Source of the DNA: Pyrinomonadales bacterium
GTDB taxonomy: Bacteria; Acidobacteriota; Blastocatellia; Pyrinomonadales; Pyrinomonadaceae
Reading direction: 5' to 3'
Assembly: GCA_038257355.1 (NCBI GenBank)
Contig: JBBSJK010000004.1
Location: 8,637-72,636 of the forward strand
Length of the DNA stretch: 64,000 bases
Shown one piece after another: positions 1 through 9,512 of the stretch. Position 1 is the stretch's first letter; every line of letters starts with the position of its first letter. The notes under the pieces are model-generated. The model saw nothing but the letters and a program-made list of their open reading frames with translations. It was not told where the DNA came from and made no database searches. Both the position numbers and the translations under genes were made by a program.

Positions 1-97
1 AGTTATGTGTGGTGTTGGGTACGCGATATGGGGTAGTTTGGTACAGTTGTTTTGGCAGTTTGGTGAAAGGTGTTTTTGGGCGAATGTGACAGTATAA

Positions 98-120
98 ATT
101 TTGTTTTGGGAAAACAAAAT
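98..120. repeat. Perfect 10-bp-stem AT hairpin 'attttgtttt ggg aaaacaaaat'
   Basis: Read directly, immediately after the first copy of the shared element. Confidence 0.8.
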
Positions 121-466
121 GGGTCAGCCGTGCATAGCCACGAATCCACGAATAAGAGATAAAACAGACTCACATTGTATGTAAAGCGTACTTACCCTGA
201 AAACCGTCGGAGGTTTTTCAAAGAACTCTTCTAGTACGTAATCCTGGTTAAAGCCGATGGAAGTTTCATGCGAAGTCGCCCAGGATGCAGATTCCAAACG
301 GCACATTTACCCATCCATCGTTCTCTGAACAAATGGCGTCTAACGTGGTAGAATCTAGTCATTAGAAACGTATTTTTGTGAAAAGCAGGCGTAAATATGT
401 TATAAAATTTGATTGCGCCGACGATAAAGCGAGCTTTGAGAAACAGGATTTGGATATACCAGTAGT

Positions 467-2968
467 ATGCAAAACGATCAGCGGCTGACGCCTCTACCGA
501 TAATTAAAGATTTACAACCGGGCCCGCACATAGAGTATTCGGGCAGCGGAGGTTATGCCGCATCGTACGAGGACACGCTCGATAATAAACGCTCGTTAAG
601 GCAATATTTTAATGTTGTTTACAAGCGTCTCCCGATCATTCTGGCGATAACGATCCTCGCAACAGCCGTTGCGGCATTGTACTCATATCAGCAGCCTTCG
701 ACCTATCAGGCGTCGACCGGCATTATCATCGAACCGCGAAAGGCCCCGCAGGCACAGAAACAAGGCGTTACGGTCAATTTTGGCGATGACGAAAAATATT
801 ATCGAACCCAACTCGAATTACTAAAAAGCCCTGATCTGATGAAACGCGTCGTCATCTCTCTCGGGCTGCATCGCGATCCCAACGCATTTGGCAATCAGAA
901 CCGGGGTCTTGTCGCCGGGGTGCGGTCGCTGTTCTCGGGTGGTCAAAAGGAGCCTGAGAACCCAAATACTTTGCCCGTCATATCTGATACGTCGACTGGT
1001 CCGGATAAAAAGATTCAGGTCGAGCTGACGGCGGAGGAGAATGCACGAGCTGCTTCGTACGCCGGTCAGTTTGGTGTACAGGTCACTCCGCTGAACCAGA
1101 CCAACATCGTCACGGTTAGTGTTAGCAGCACTAATCAGGCATTGGTCCCAAAGGTCGCCGACAAGATCGCAGAACTATTTATCATAGAGGACAGAGAGCG
1201 TGAGACAAAGGGCAATCAGGATGCCTATGACGAGCTCGGCCAATCTATCGAAGGCGTCAAGGCCACGATCAAACAGGGCGAAGATAATCTCATCTCCGAG
1301 ATGCGGGTAGGCGACTTGGGAATGGGAGACAAAGGCGGCGAACTGCGGGCGGGAAATGTCGAAGGGCTGTTGACGATGTGGCGCGAGGCATCGAAAGAGA
1401 CCGGCCAAATCGAGGCAAAGTACCGGGCGGCGGTCGCCGCGAGCGGTTCCGGTGACATTCTCGCTGTCATGCCTGAGAATGTTGCGATTCAGAATATCCG
1501 CACCGATAATATGAAGCGTCGGGCCGATCTCGAAAAGAGGATCGAAGAGATAAGCACAAAAATAGACGAGGCGGAAGAGAAAAAACAAGGACTGCTCGCT
1601 AAATATACTCCGCTCTACCGCGAGGTTGTTGCTATCACCGCCCAAATAACAGAGTTGAAAGATCAGAAGGTACGTGTCGAGCGTGAAGTTGGAGCCAAGA
1701 TCCAGGCAGATGGTAAACAACTTGAGAAGGATGCCGAGCGTGAAGCTCTAACCAGCCTTAGTTCGCAGTTGGTTGCGGCCCGGCAGCGTGAGGCACGTCA
1801 ACGGGCTGCTTTTGAACAAGCTGCTTTTAAGGCAAACGTGGAGGGCGTTGCGGAAACCAAGCTGACCAGCCTCAGGCGTGAACTTGAATCAAACCGCCTG
1901 CTTTTAGACAGCTATACACTGCGACAGAAAGAGCAGGAACTGGCCCTCTCGACCGAGCGGCCAAACAATATTAAGCAGCAGGCACCGGCCGGTCCGGCCA
2001 TGCTCACCGGACCGCAACGCAGCCGCAATATCATGGTCGCGTTTTTGCTTTCATTTGCAGCCGGTATCGGCTTAGCATTTTTGCTTGATTTTCTTGACGA
2101 CTCGGTCCGTACATCCGATGATGTCAGTCGCCATCTCGGGCTACCGACTCTCGCACTCATTCCCCATCATTTGGGTCAAGATAAACGTAAACTACTGCCC
2201 GGCAATAATGGAGCGACTGGCCCGCCGGTGTCGGCAGCACTAATTACAATGGAGGAGCGCACGTCGCCTGTTGCCGAGGCTTATCGCCATCTGCGCACGT
2301 CGCTGCTGTTCTCTAGCGCAGGCAAGCCGCCGCAAACGATACTTATCACCTCGTCCCAGCCATCAGAGGGGAAAACTACAACCGCTATCAACACTGCTAT
2401 CACGCTCGCTCAGAGCGACGTCGATGTGGTTATAATTGACTGCGATCTGAGGCGGCCGCGTCTCCACAGCCATTTTGGACTCGAAAATACTCGCGGCCTG
2501 ACAAATTATTTATCGGGCGACAAGGAAACTGAGGGCCTGATACGCACATTTAAAGACCTGCCGCGGCTCAAGATCATCACCAGCGGCCCGATTCCGCCGA
2601 ACCCGGCTGAGCTGCTCAGCTCAAACGAAATGCGCAATCTGCTGACATTTCTATCTGGCAAATTCAAGCACGTGATCATCGATTCGCCGCCGGCCATTTC
2701 CTTTACGGACGCCTCGATCCTTTCAACTCTTGTTGACGGCGTAGTGCTTGTTGCGATGGCAAATAAGAGTTCGATCCATCTGATGCGCCAGTTCAAACAG
2801 CGTGTGAGCGCGATCGGCGCACGTATCTATGGCGTTGTGCTTAACGGTATCAAGGCCAATTCGGACGAATATTATTATTACGGTTCGGGTTATTACAATT
2901 ATTATTCACGCCCAGACGATGACGAATCGACCCCGTTGATGGAGGAAAAATCACAGGAACGCGAATAA
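467..2968 (+). CDS. Polysaccharide biosynthesis tyrosine autokinase (Wzc/GumC-type co-polymerase fused to BY-kinase)
   Basis: 833-aa ORF with two TM segments flanking a long coiled-coil region. C-terminal P-loop 'SSQPSEGKTTTAINTA', 'VVIIDCDLRRP' and 'HVIIDSPP'. Terminal Tyr cluster 'SDEYYYYGSGYYNYYS'. Confidence 0.9.
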   Translation: MQNDQRLTPLPIIKDLQPGPHIEYSGSGGYAASYEDTLDNKRSLRQYFNVVYKRLPIILAITILATAVAALYSYQQPSTYQASTGIIIEPRKAPQAQKQGVTVNFGDDEKYYRTQLELLKSPDLMKRVVISLGLHRDPNAFGNQNRGLVAGVRSLFSGGQKEPENPNTLPVISDTSTGPDKKIQVELTAEENARAASYAGQFGVQVTPLNQTNIVTVSVSSTNQALVPKVADKIAELFIIEDRERETKGNQDAYDELGQSIEGVKATIKQGEDNLISEMRVGDLGMGDKGGELRAGNVEGLLTMWREASKETGQIEAKYRAAVAASGSGDILAVMPENVAIQNIRTDNMKRRADLEKRIEEISTKIDEAEEKKQGLLAKYTPLYREVVAITAQITELKDQKVRVEREVGAKIQADGKQLEKDAEREALTSLSSQLVAARQREARQRAAFEQAAFKANVEGVAETKLTSLRRELESNRLLLDSYTLRQKEQELALSTERPNNIKQQAPAGPAMLTGPQRSRNIMVAFLLSFAAGIGLAFLLDFLDDSVRTSDDVSRHLGLPTLALIPHHLGQDKRKLLPGNNGATGPPVSAALITMEERTSPVAEAYRHLRTSLLFSSAGKPPQTILITSSQPSEGKTTTAINTAITLAQSDVDVVIIDCDLRRPRLHSHFGLENTRGLTNYLSGDKETEGLIRTFKDLPRLKIITSGPIPPNPAELLSSNEMRNLLTFLSGKFKHVIIDSPPAISFTDASILSTLVDGVVLVAMANKSSIHLMRQFKQRVSAIGARIYGVVLNGIKANSDEYYYYGSGYYNYYSRPDDDESTPLMEEKSQERE

Positions 2969-2984
2969 TGCTCGACCAGAGTTA

Positions 2985-3893
2985 TTAATTTGCGTCGCCC
3001 AGTTGGAACGATCGTGTATCCCAACCGGCTCGCCTCGCTCCGGCCTGATAAGCGCTTTCAAGAAACTCTAAAACCTGCTCACGCGGGTTTTCGATATTTC
3101 GGATATCGTCATACATCAGTAACGCCATCGAGCCCTTCGCCGTATTCCATTGAGCGGCGGCTGGATGCAGAGTTTCGTCGGTAAGGCCGGCGGGCTCGGG
3201 TGCGGTATATGAGTAGAATGCGGGGGCCGCGACGTTGTCATCGCCGAACCAAAAGCCAAAGCTGATGACCTCATGTGAATAGGCTTCGCGCTCTACCATG
3301 CCGGCACCTTCGCGAGGCGTAACGGCTTTGCCGGAGAATCGCGTTAACGCGAGGTCGAAGCTGTGCCAAAAGAGATGTACCGGTGTTGATTTACCGGTAA
3401 AGCGGCCGCGAAACTCTTCGAAAATATGGTTGACCCCAACCAAAATTTTGTGAAAAAGCTCAACGTATTTCTTATCATAAGATTTATTTTCATGATCGTC
3501 GGCAAATGGTGTGGATGACGGTGCCTCGTACGGTTCAGCTTTAATTTCGGGCTTAATTCCAAGTTTGGCCAGATTCGCAAAAGTGCTCGTGTAAAAATCG
3601 GCGACTGTGAGCCCGTCATAAAGAGCGAAATCCTCGTAACGCCCATCACTGGTTTTTATCTTTAGTGCGTGTTCGCAAAAGTCGAACTCGATCTCAAAAT
3701 TGCCGCCCGCGAAAGGCATGGTCCGCGTCGTCAAGCCACGTGGGCTGACGTAGAGCGGGACATGCCACCAATGATTGACTCGTGGATGTGTTTTGAGCTT
3801 TATTTTGCCTATGATCTGCAAATAAAGGTGGAGCGTGTTTTTAGTCGCCCGCCATGCATCAAGCGGTATTTCAGGAAACATTTCCGTTGCCAT
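2985..3893 (-). CDS. Conserved hypothetical protein (DUF5996-like by recollection)
   Basis: 302-aa ORF with no internal problems. The N-terminus 'WRATKNTLHLYLQIIGKIKL...NHWWHVPLYVSPRGLTT' resembles the DUF5996 family as I remember it. It lies 44 nt downstream of the EncFtn-like gene on the same strand. Confidence 0.65.
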   Translation of the reverse strand: MATEMFPEIPLDAWRATKNTLHLYLQIIGKIKLKTHPRVNHWWHVPLYVSPRGLTTRTMPFAGGNFEIEFDFCEHALKIKTSDGRYEDFALYDGLTVADFYTSTFANLAKLGIKPEIKAEPYEAPSSTPFADDHENKSYDKKYVELFHKILVGVNHIFEEFRGRFTGKSTPVHLFWHSFDLALTRFSGKAVTPREGAGMVEREAYSHEVISFGFWFGDDNVAAPAFYSYTAPEPAGLTDETLHPAAAQWNTAKGSMALLMYDDIRNIENPREQVLEFLESAYQAGARRAGWDTRSFQLGDAN

Positions 3894-3937
3894 TATTTAG
3901 TTTATTCCCATGTTTAGGCTCATGGTTTTACAGCCAA

Positions 3938-4243
3938 TTACTTTGCCTCTTCCTCGATCTCGAGGATATCGCCCTCAGTAAACAGATAGGTCCTCATATG
4001 ATCGTCAAATTTTGGCGTGCAGCGTCTGAGCCATTCGAGGGCCATGACGGCGTGCTCGATCTCTTCGTCACGGTTGTGTTCGAGTATCTTTTTTAGTTGC
4101 TCGTCGGTCGTCTGTTCGGCGCGCTGGTTGTACCAGTCGACAGCCTCCAATTCCTCCTGGACGGATTTGATAGCCCGCGAAAAGTTACGCGATCGTTCAC
4201 TCATCTGGTCATAATCTTCATGCCATTCTGCACTTGTTGCCAC
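3938..4243 (-). CDS. Encapsulated-ferritin-like protein (EncFtn family), apparently without a targeting peptide
   Basis: 101 aa. 'EELEAVDWYNQR...HNRDEEIEHAVMALEWLRR...RTYLFTEG' closely parallels the remembered Rhodospirillum rubrum EncFtn sequence, including the ExxH ferroxidase motif. The protein ends 11 aa after 'TYLFTEG'. Confidence 0.8.
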   Translation of the reverse strand: MATSAEWHEDYDQMSERSRNFSRAIKSVQEELEAVDWYNQRAEQTTDEQLKKILEHNRDEEIEHAVMALEWLRRCTPKFDDHMRTYLFTEGDILEIEEEAK

Positions 4244-4419
4244 TTTATTTATACCTCTTTTTTTATTGTCGTAAATGAAATAACTTGCCTTTAATCTTAC
4301 GCTCTGATTATGGCCAACTCAAATATGAAATAGTCTCTTGTCATGCCTCTACCTGTCGCTCTTGTTTTCTTACACTCTGATTTCTTGTATTCTATTGAAT
4401 TGAAGTGACTGGAGAATTT

Positions 4420-6183
4420 ATGAGCATAGAAGTCGTAATGCCCCAGATGGGCGAATCGATCACCGAGGGAACCGTTTCCAAATGGCTAAAGCAGGTCGGC
4501 GAACGCATCGAGAGGGACGAACCCTTACTGGAAATATCGACCGATAAGGTCGATGCCGAGGTCCCGAGCCCGGGTGCCGGAATTTTACTCGAAATTCGAA
4601 CACAGGAAAACGAAACGGTCGAGGTCGGAACGATTGTCGCTGTGATTGGCGATGAAACCTCGGTCAGTCAGCAGTCAGCGAACGGTGGTGAACAAACGGA
4701 AGTTAAGACGGAGAGTGAACCGCCTGCAGAATCTAGTGCTGTTGTAGCAGAGCCCCTCACCAGCGAGTCCATCGACGAACAACCAAAACTAAACAGCGGA
4801 CAATCCACTACCAAAGATGGGCCGGCAACCGAGGTTGTGATGCCGCAAATGGGCGAGTCGATCACTGAGGGAACCGTCTCAAAATGGCTGAAAGCCCTTG
4901 GCGACACGATCGATAAGGACGAGCCTCTACTCGAAATCTCAACCGACAAGGTCGATGCCGAGGTGCCGTCACCGGCGGCGGGGAAACTGCTCGCGATCAA
5001 CGTTCAGGAAGGCGAGACGGTCGAGGTCGGCTCGGTCTTGGCTTTGGTCGGGACTGAGGGCTCAAATACCGTTAGCGGTGAGCAGAAAGCTGTTGTCAGT
5101 CAGCCTGTGTCAGCTCAGCCGGTGACCCCTGCTCCAATGCCTGAGCAAATGCCGGAACCCGTGACTCCACCCGTACAGGCCATGGCGGCGACAGCAACGC
5201 CGGGCGGCCAGAACGGCAACGCGACGGTCGATGATCTTCGCAAAACAAAATCAAGCCCGCTGGTCCGCAACATTGCAAAGGAACATGGCATCGACATAAC
5301 ACGAATTCCGGGCAGCGGCTTAAGCGGACGTGTGACAAAAGGCGACATTCTGTCGTTTATCGAGACTGGGGCGGCCCTGCGTCCACAAGATCTGCTTGTT
5401 AAAGGAGCTGCCGGCATCGCCGGTCCGTCCGCATCGAAAACGCAAACTCAATACGCGGCACCTCAATCCGTTGCGACAATGGATGATCGCGTCGAAAAAA
5501 TGTCTCTAATGCGTAAAAAGATTGCTGAGCACATGACGTTCTCTAAACAGACATCGGCTCACGTCACGAGTGTTTACGAGATTGACATGACAAATGTCGC
5601 TAAATTCAGGACAAAGAATCAGGAGGAGTTTCAATCGCTTTATGGCACAAAACTGACTTTTATGCCGTTTATCTTTCAGGCGGTCACGGCGGCGATTCGC
5701 GAACATCGCATCGTAAATTCGCAGCTCGATGGCGATCAGATCGTTTACAAGGGCGATATAAATATTGGTATGGCGGTTGCTCTCGATTGGGGGCTGATCG
5801 TGCCTGTTATAAAAAACGCAGGCAGCCTGTCGTTGTCGGAGTTTGCAAAAACAGCAAACGATCTGGCTGACCGTGCCCGGACAAAAAAATTGATGCCGGA
5901 TGAGGTCCAGGGCGGGACATTCACGATCACGAATCCGGGTGTTTTCGGCGGTTTGTTTGGCACACCGATCATCAATCAGCCGCAAGTCGCGATCCTCTGT
6001 GTCGGGACTATCGAGAAACGTGCCAAGGTTTTAACATCGGCTGACGGCGACGACTATGTCGCGATCCGCCAAATGGCATATTTTGCTCTGACATACGATC
6101 ACCGCGTCGTGGATGGTGCCGACGCTGAGAAATTTTTGGCCTATTTAAAGGGTTATCTTGAAAGCGCTCCCTTTAGTCTTTAA
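4420..6183 (+). CDS. 2-oxoacid dehydrogenase E2 component (dihydrolipoamide acyltransferase) with two lipoyl domains
   Basis: Duplicated 'VVMPQMGESITEGTVSKWLK...ISTDKVDAEVPSP' lipoyl modules, an E3-binding 'SPLVRNIAKEHGIDI' and a catalytic 'YDHRVVDGADAEKF'. The ATG at 4420 follows 'ggaga' and is preferred over the GTG at 4405. Confidence 0.9.
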   Translation: MSIEVVMPQMGESITEGTVSKWLKQVGERIERDEPLLEISTDKVDAEVPSPGAGILLEIRTQENETVEVGTIVAVIGDETSVSQQSANGGEQTEVKTESEPPAESSAVVAEPLTSESIDEQPKLNSGQSTTKDGPATEVVMPQMGESITEGTVSKWLKALGDTIDKDEPLLEISTDKVDAEVPSPAAGKLLAINVQEGETVEVGSVLALVGTEGSNTVSGEQKAVVSQPVSAQPVTPAPMPEQMPEPVTPPVQAMAATATPGGQNGNATVDDLRKTKSSPLVRNIAKEHGIDITRIPGSGLSGRVTKGDILSFIETGAALRPQDLLVKGAAGIAGPSASKTQTQYAAPQSVATMDDRVEKMSLMRKKIAEHMTFSKQTSAHVTSVYEIDMTNVAKFRTKNQEEFQSLYGTKLTFMPFIFQAVTAAIREHRIVNSQLDGDQIVYKGDINIGMAVALDWGLIVPVIKNAGSLSLSEFAKTANDLADRARTKKLMPDEVQGGTFTITNPGVFGGLFGTPIINQPQVAILCVGTIEKRAKVLTSADGDDYVAIRQMAYFALTYDHRVVDGADAEKFLAYLKGYLESAPFSL

Positions 6184-6364
6184 CACTGCAAAAATGATCG
6201 TCCGGTAACCCTGCACCTGAAAAACCTTGGTGACGGTTTACATTTTATGTATACTCGATTACTGTGATGCCGCCTGTAGGACATACTATTTTGGGCAACG
6301 CGACGATCTTGCAACGCGTCTATAGTGGAGGTATTCCACAAACATTTAACCTTAGGGGGAACTT

Positions 6365-7324
6365 ATGTATAAAAAATTATCAGTAATGCTTTTGGCTTTA
6401 TCGATCAGCGTAGTCTCTGCTTTTGCACAGGACGCTCAGACACGTTCAGCTGTGAATGGTCAAAAGTACAAGATCAAAGGTGTTATCGTTTCAAAGGATG
6501 ATAACGCCACTTTTATCATACGTGATTTGGTCGGCGTCGATACAAGGCTCGTTGTCGCACCAAATGCCAGCATTAAAAATAATGCTTTCTTTGGCGGAGA
6601 CAGATATCCGGTTACCTCTCTCGTTCGTGGCCTGAATATGGAAATCGAAGGTGTCGGGAACAGCACCGGAGCCGTTTCGGTCAATAAGGTCCGCTTTGAA
6701 AAGAACAACCTGCTAACAGCCCAGTCGATAGAGTCACGCATGGCACCCACTGAAGAGCGGCTCTCGGCCGCCGAGCAGAACGCAGAACGCGTTTCGGGCC
6801 AGATCGACGAACTGATGGCGATTTCGAATGCTGCTAAGGGCGGAGCAAAGGCAGCACAAGATACTGCCGATGCGGCCGTTGCGGGCGTTAACGCGACCAA
6901 TCAACGCATCACCGATATGGATGATTATATTGTCCAGTCAACCGCGACGGTTAATTTTAGGGTAAATAGTGCCGTGCTTTCGCCTGACAGCAAGGCCGCT
7001 CTCGATCAGGTCGCAGCAGCGGCGATGACGATGAAGGGCTATGTCATCGAGGTCACCGGATTTGCATCGTCTGAGGGTAATCCAAGAGCTAACAAACAGC
7101 TGAGTGAACGCCGTGCACAATCAGTCAAGGATTATTTGATAGAAACGCATAATGTTCCGCTTCGCAGAATGAGCACTTCATATGGTTTTGGCGAACTTCA
7201 GGCTATTGCCGATAATGTGACCCGCGAAGGCCGTGAGCAGAATCGACGTGTTGAGATCAAGCTAATGGTCAGCCGCGGCCTCAACCAGAATGTCGAGGTC
7301 AAACAAACTAACGACGAAGATTAA
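6365..7324 (+). CDS. OmpA-family protein (exported, C-terminal OmpA peptidoglycan-binding domain)
   Basis: Signal peptide '...VVSAFAQ'. C-terminal 'VNFRVNSAVLSPDSKAALDQVA...GFASSEGNPRANKQLSERRAQSVKDYL...NRRVEIKL'. Confidence 0.85.
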   Translation: MYKKLSVMLLALSISVVSAFAQDAQTRSAVNGQKYKIKGVIVSKDDNATFIIRDLVGVDTRLVVAPNASIKNNAFFGGDRYPVTSLVRGLNMEIEGVGNSTGAVSVNKVRFEKNNLLTAQSIESRMAPTEERLSAAEQNAERVSGQIDELMAISNAAKGGAKAAQDTADAAVAGVNATNQRITDMDDYIVQSTATVNFRVNSAVLSPDSKAALDQVAAAAMTMKGYVIEVTGFASSEGNPRANKQLSERRAQSVKDYLIETHNVPLRRMSTSYGFGELQAIADNVTREGREQNRRVEIKLMVSRGLNQNVEVKQTNDED

Positions 7325-7335
7325 TAAACGTTAAA

Positions 7336-7386
7336 AGAGGGCATTTCGTGGCCGGTGATCTATCTACACCGGCTACGATGCCCTCT
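7336..7386 (+). terminator. Long nested hairpin after the OmpA-family gene (terminator-like, no clear T-run)
   Basis: 'agagggcat' (7336-7344) pairs with 'atgccctct' (7378-7386). An inner 'gccggtg'/'caccggc' stem lies between them. Confidence 0.4.
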
Positions 7387-7424
7387 CATTCCGTCCGCTC
7401 TCTTTCCTCAAGAAGGTATGCCGT

Positions 7425-8537
7425 ATGCTGATATTTAAATATCAAAATCTTCTCCTAACCACCTTTTTTGTTTTAATCCTATCGACAATCTCGGCAGCTC
7501 AGACCGTAACGCCGACACCAAAAGAAGACGACGAGATCATCAAGGTCGAATCGCGACTCGTCATAGTTCCAGTTTCGATTACCGATGCGAACGGTCAGGC
7601 GGTCACTGGCCTCACCGCGCAGGATTTCAGAATTTCGGAGGAAGGTCGTCAGCAGACAATCGAAAATGTCGGTACAGCTGACAGCGTACCGCTCGAGATT
7701 GCATTGCTATTTGACGTATCAGCAAGCACGGACAAGATGTTTAAATTTGAGCAGGAAACGGCCGCCAAATTCCTGCAAGATGTGATGCGCCCAGTTGATC
7801 GAGCAACAGTTTTTGCGATTGGTTCAAAAGTTCAGCTTATCGCGGCACGTGATACGGCCGGGGCGGCCGCTGCCTCAATCCGGTCTATAATACCGACTAA
7901 GGATTCCACCGCTTTCTTTGACTCAGTTGCCGAAGCCGCAGCCTACCTCCGCACAAACGCACGTGAAGGCACACGACGCGTAATCGTTGTTATTTCAGAC
8001 GGTGAGGACACAAACAGTACACGTATCGCAAAAGCTATTCAGGAAGGGTACAGAAAGATCGGTGAGCGTATAAACACAATTGATAGAAAAGGCCTTTATC
8101 AATTGACGGTCGCAAACCGTGACGCGGCAAGCAGCCAGGAACGCGTAAGAGTTTTGCGTTCGCTGCAGGATGCTGATACGGTGTTTTACTCGATCAATCC
8201 GGCAGGAAGCTCCTATCAACTAAATCGAATGAGTGTGTTTGGCCAGGAAAATATGCGTCGATTTGCCGATGAGACCGGCGGCACCGCATTTTTGCCAAAA
8301 TTTATGGTGATCGACTCAAAAGATAAATACCAAAACGAAATCAGCATACGAAAAAACACCGAGATGCTTGACCGCATATTTAGACAGTTAGCAAATGAAC
8401 TTCGCTCGCAATATTTGATTCAGTATTATTCCGAAGCAGATTTTCCGCTCAACAAGTTTGTCAAACTCGATGTCGGGCTAACTAACCGCCCCGCCCTTCG
8501 CATCCGCTCGAGGCAGGGTTATTACGTCAAAAACTGA
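7425..8537 (+). CDS. VWA domain-containing exported protein (acidobacterial VWFA-related type)
   Basis: Signal peptide '...ISAAQT'. MIDAS-like 'LLFDVSAST'. The architecture resembles the TIGR03436 family common in Acidobacteria. Confidence 0.8.
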   Translation: MLIFKYQNLLLTTFFVLILSTISAAQTVTPTPKEDDEIIKVESRLVIVPVSITDANGQAVTGLTAQDFRISEEGRQQTIENVGTADSVPLEIALLFDVSASTDKMFKFEQETAAKFLQDVMRPVDRATVFAIGSKVQLIAARDTAGAAAASIRSIIPTKDSTAFFDSVAEAAAYLRTNAREGTRRVIVVISDGEDTNSTRIAKAIQEGYRKIGERINTIDRKGLYQLTVANRDAASSQERVRVLRSLQDADTVFYSINPAGSSYQLNRMSVFGQENMRRFADETGGTAFLPKFMVIDSKDKYQNEISIRKNTEMLDRIFRQLANELRSQYLIQYYSEADFPLNKFVKLDVGLTNRPALRIRSRQGYYVKN

Positions 8538-8589
8538 GCCGGTCATATATGTTTTTCGGACGAGTCTCTATTTCCAGCCGATAATCCGG

Positions 8590-8934
8590 CTATCGCCCGC
8601 GGTAAGCGGAGTAGCCAAAGGGGCTTAGGAAAAGTGGTACGTGATAGTGTTGACTGGTATCTTTCACCACAAAATTAATTGCGATCTGCGGAAAAAAACA
8701 CTCGATATTCTGCAACAGAAAATAGGGGGCAGTTTCAAAGATTAATCGATAGTGCCCGGGATCAAATGCCTGGTTCACCGAGAGCAGGTCGTTTATCCGC
8801 CCGTCAGTATCCGTCATGCCATCTGCCAGCCGCAACCATCCGGTCGAATGGGTTTTTCGTTCCAAACTTACCGCGATGCCGGCCCCGGGACGGCCTGATG
8901 TAGTATCTAGAATGTGTGTGGTTATTGAGCTCAT
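8590..8934 (-). CDS. uraH: 5-hydroxyisourate hydrolase (transthyretin-like)
   Basis: 114 aa. N-terminal 'ITTHILDTTSGRPGAG' and C-terminal 'YHVPLFLSPFGYSAYRGR' signature. Confidence 0.9.
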   Translation of the reverse strand: MSSITTHILDTTSGRPGAGIAVSLERKTHSTGWLRLADGMTDTDGRINDLLSVNQAFDPGHYRLIFETAPYFLLQNIECFFPQIAINFVVKDTSQHYHVPLFLSPFGYSAYRGR

Positions 8935-9389
8935 CTTTCTAAAACCTTAGCCAATCTAACTTCAATGATCTTTAACTTTTCTTCCGCCGCGATCTGTAGT
9001 TCAGTCTCAGCCGAGTTACGCAGGCGGGCCCGGCAGATCGATAGTAATTCATTAGAACTTTTTCCATCCGCACAGACAACAAATATAAAACCGAACCTCT
9101 CCTCGTACAAGCACATGACCTCGTCGATTTCCACATCCAATCTACCCTGATCGTTTGTATCGATTTGCGACTTTGGGGAAAAGGCTTCGAGCCAATTGGC
9201 CGGAGTGAGAGAAAACCAAATAGTTTCTGCTGAGTTGTATAACTCCTCGACCAATTTGAATGGCCGGGCGGCTGTCATGCCCCTTGCCCAAGCTTGCGAT
9301 CCGCAGCATTCAAAAAATGCAGATTCGGCCTCTGCTACCGACAGATCATTTAGCCGTGCAAGATTTTTATATATTTGAAAGGTTGCCAA
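8931..9389 (-). CDS. uraD: OHCU decarboxylase
   Basis: 'FFECCGSQAWARGMTAARPF' and overall length fit OHCU decarboxylase. There is a 4-nt ATGA overlap with uraH. The start is a TTG and is uncertain. Confidence 0.8.
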   Translation of the reverse strand: MATFQIYKNLARLNDLSVAEAESAFFECCGSQAWARGMTAARPFKLVEELYNSAETIWFSLTPANWLEAFSPKSQIDTNDQGRLDVEIDEVMCLYEERFGFIFVVCADGKSSNELLSICRARLRNSAETELQIAAEEKLKIIEVRLAKVLER

Positions 9390-9512
9390 AACATCAATAG
9401 TTTATACCATATCGTTTAATTTTGATGAGAGAGACGGATGGTTTGGATGATCCCGGAACATCAGGATTGAAATTTGTTATCTTCGCCAGATAGAACGCAT
9501 AATAAAATATCT

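Noticed and set aside
124-306. 60-aa minus-strand ORF near the window start
   Set aside because: It has no recognisable motif, sits in repeat-rich noncoding DNA upstream of the wzc-like gene and is exactly at the minimum-size cutoff.
2985-3893. Could the 302-aa gene next to EncFtn be an encapsulin shell?
   Set aside because: The sequence does not resemble HK97-fold family 1 encapsulins as I know them. It matches the DUF5996-type N-terminus instead. No shell gene is called.
8590-9389. uraD-uraH as an unusual partial purine-degradation cluster (no uricase or allantoinase nearby)
   Set aside because: Split ureide-pathway genes are common, and the missing steps may be encoded elsewhere. This is not informative from one window.
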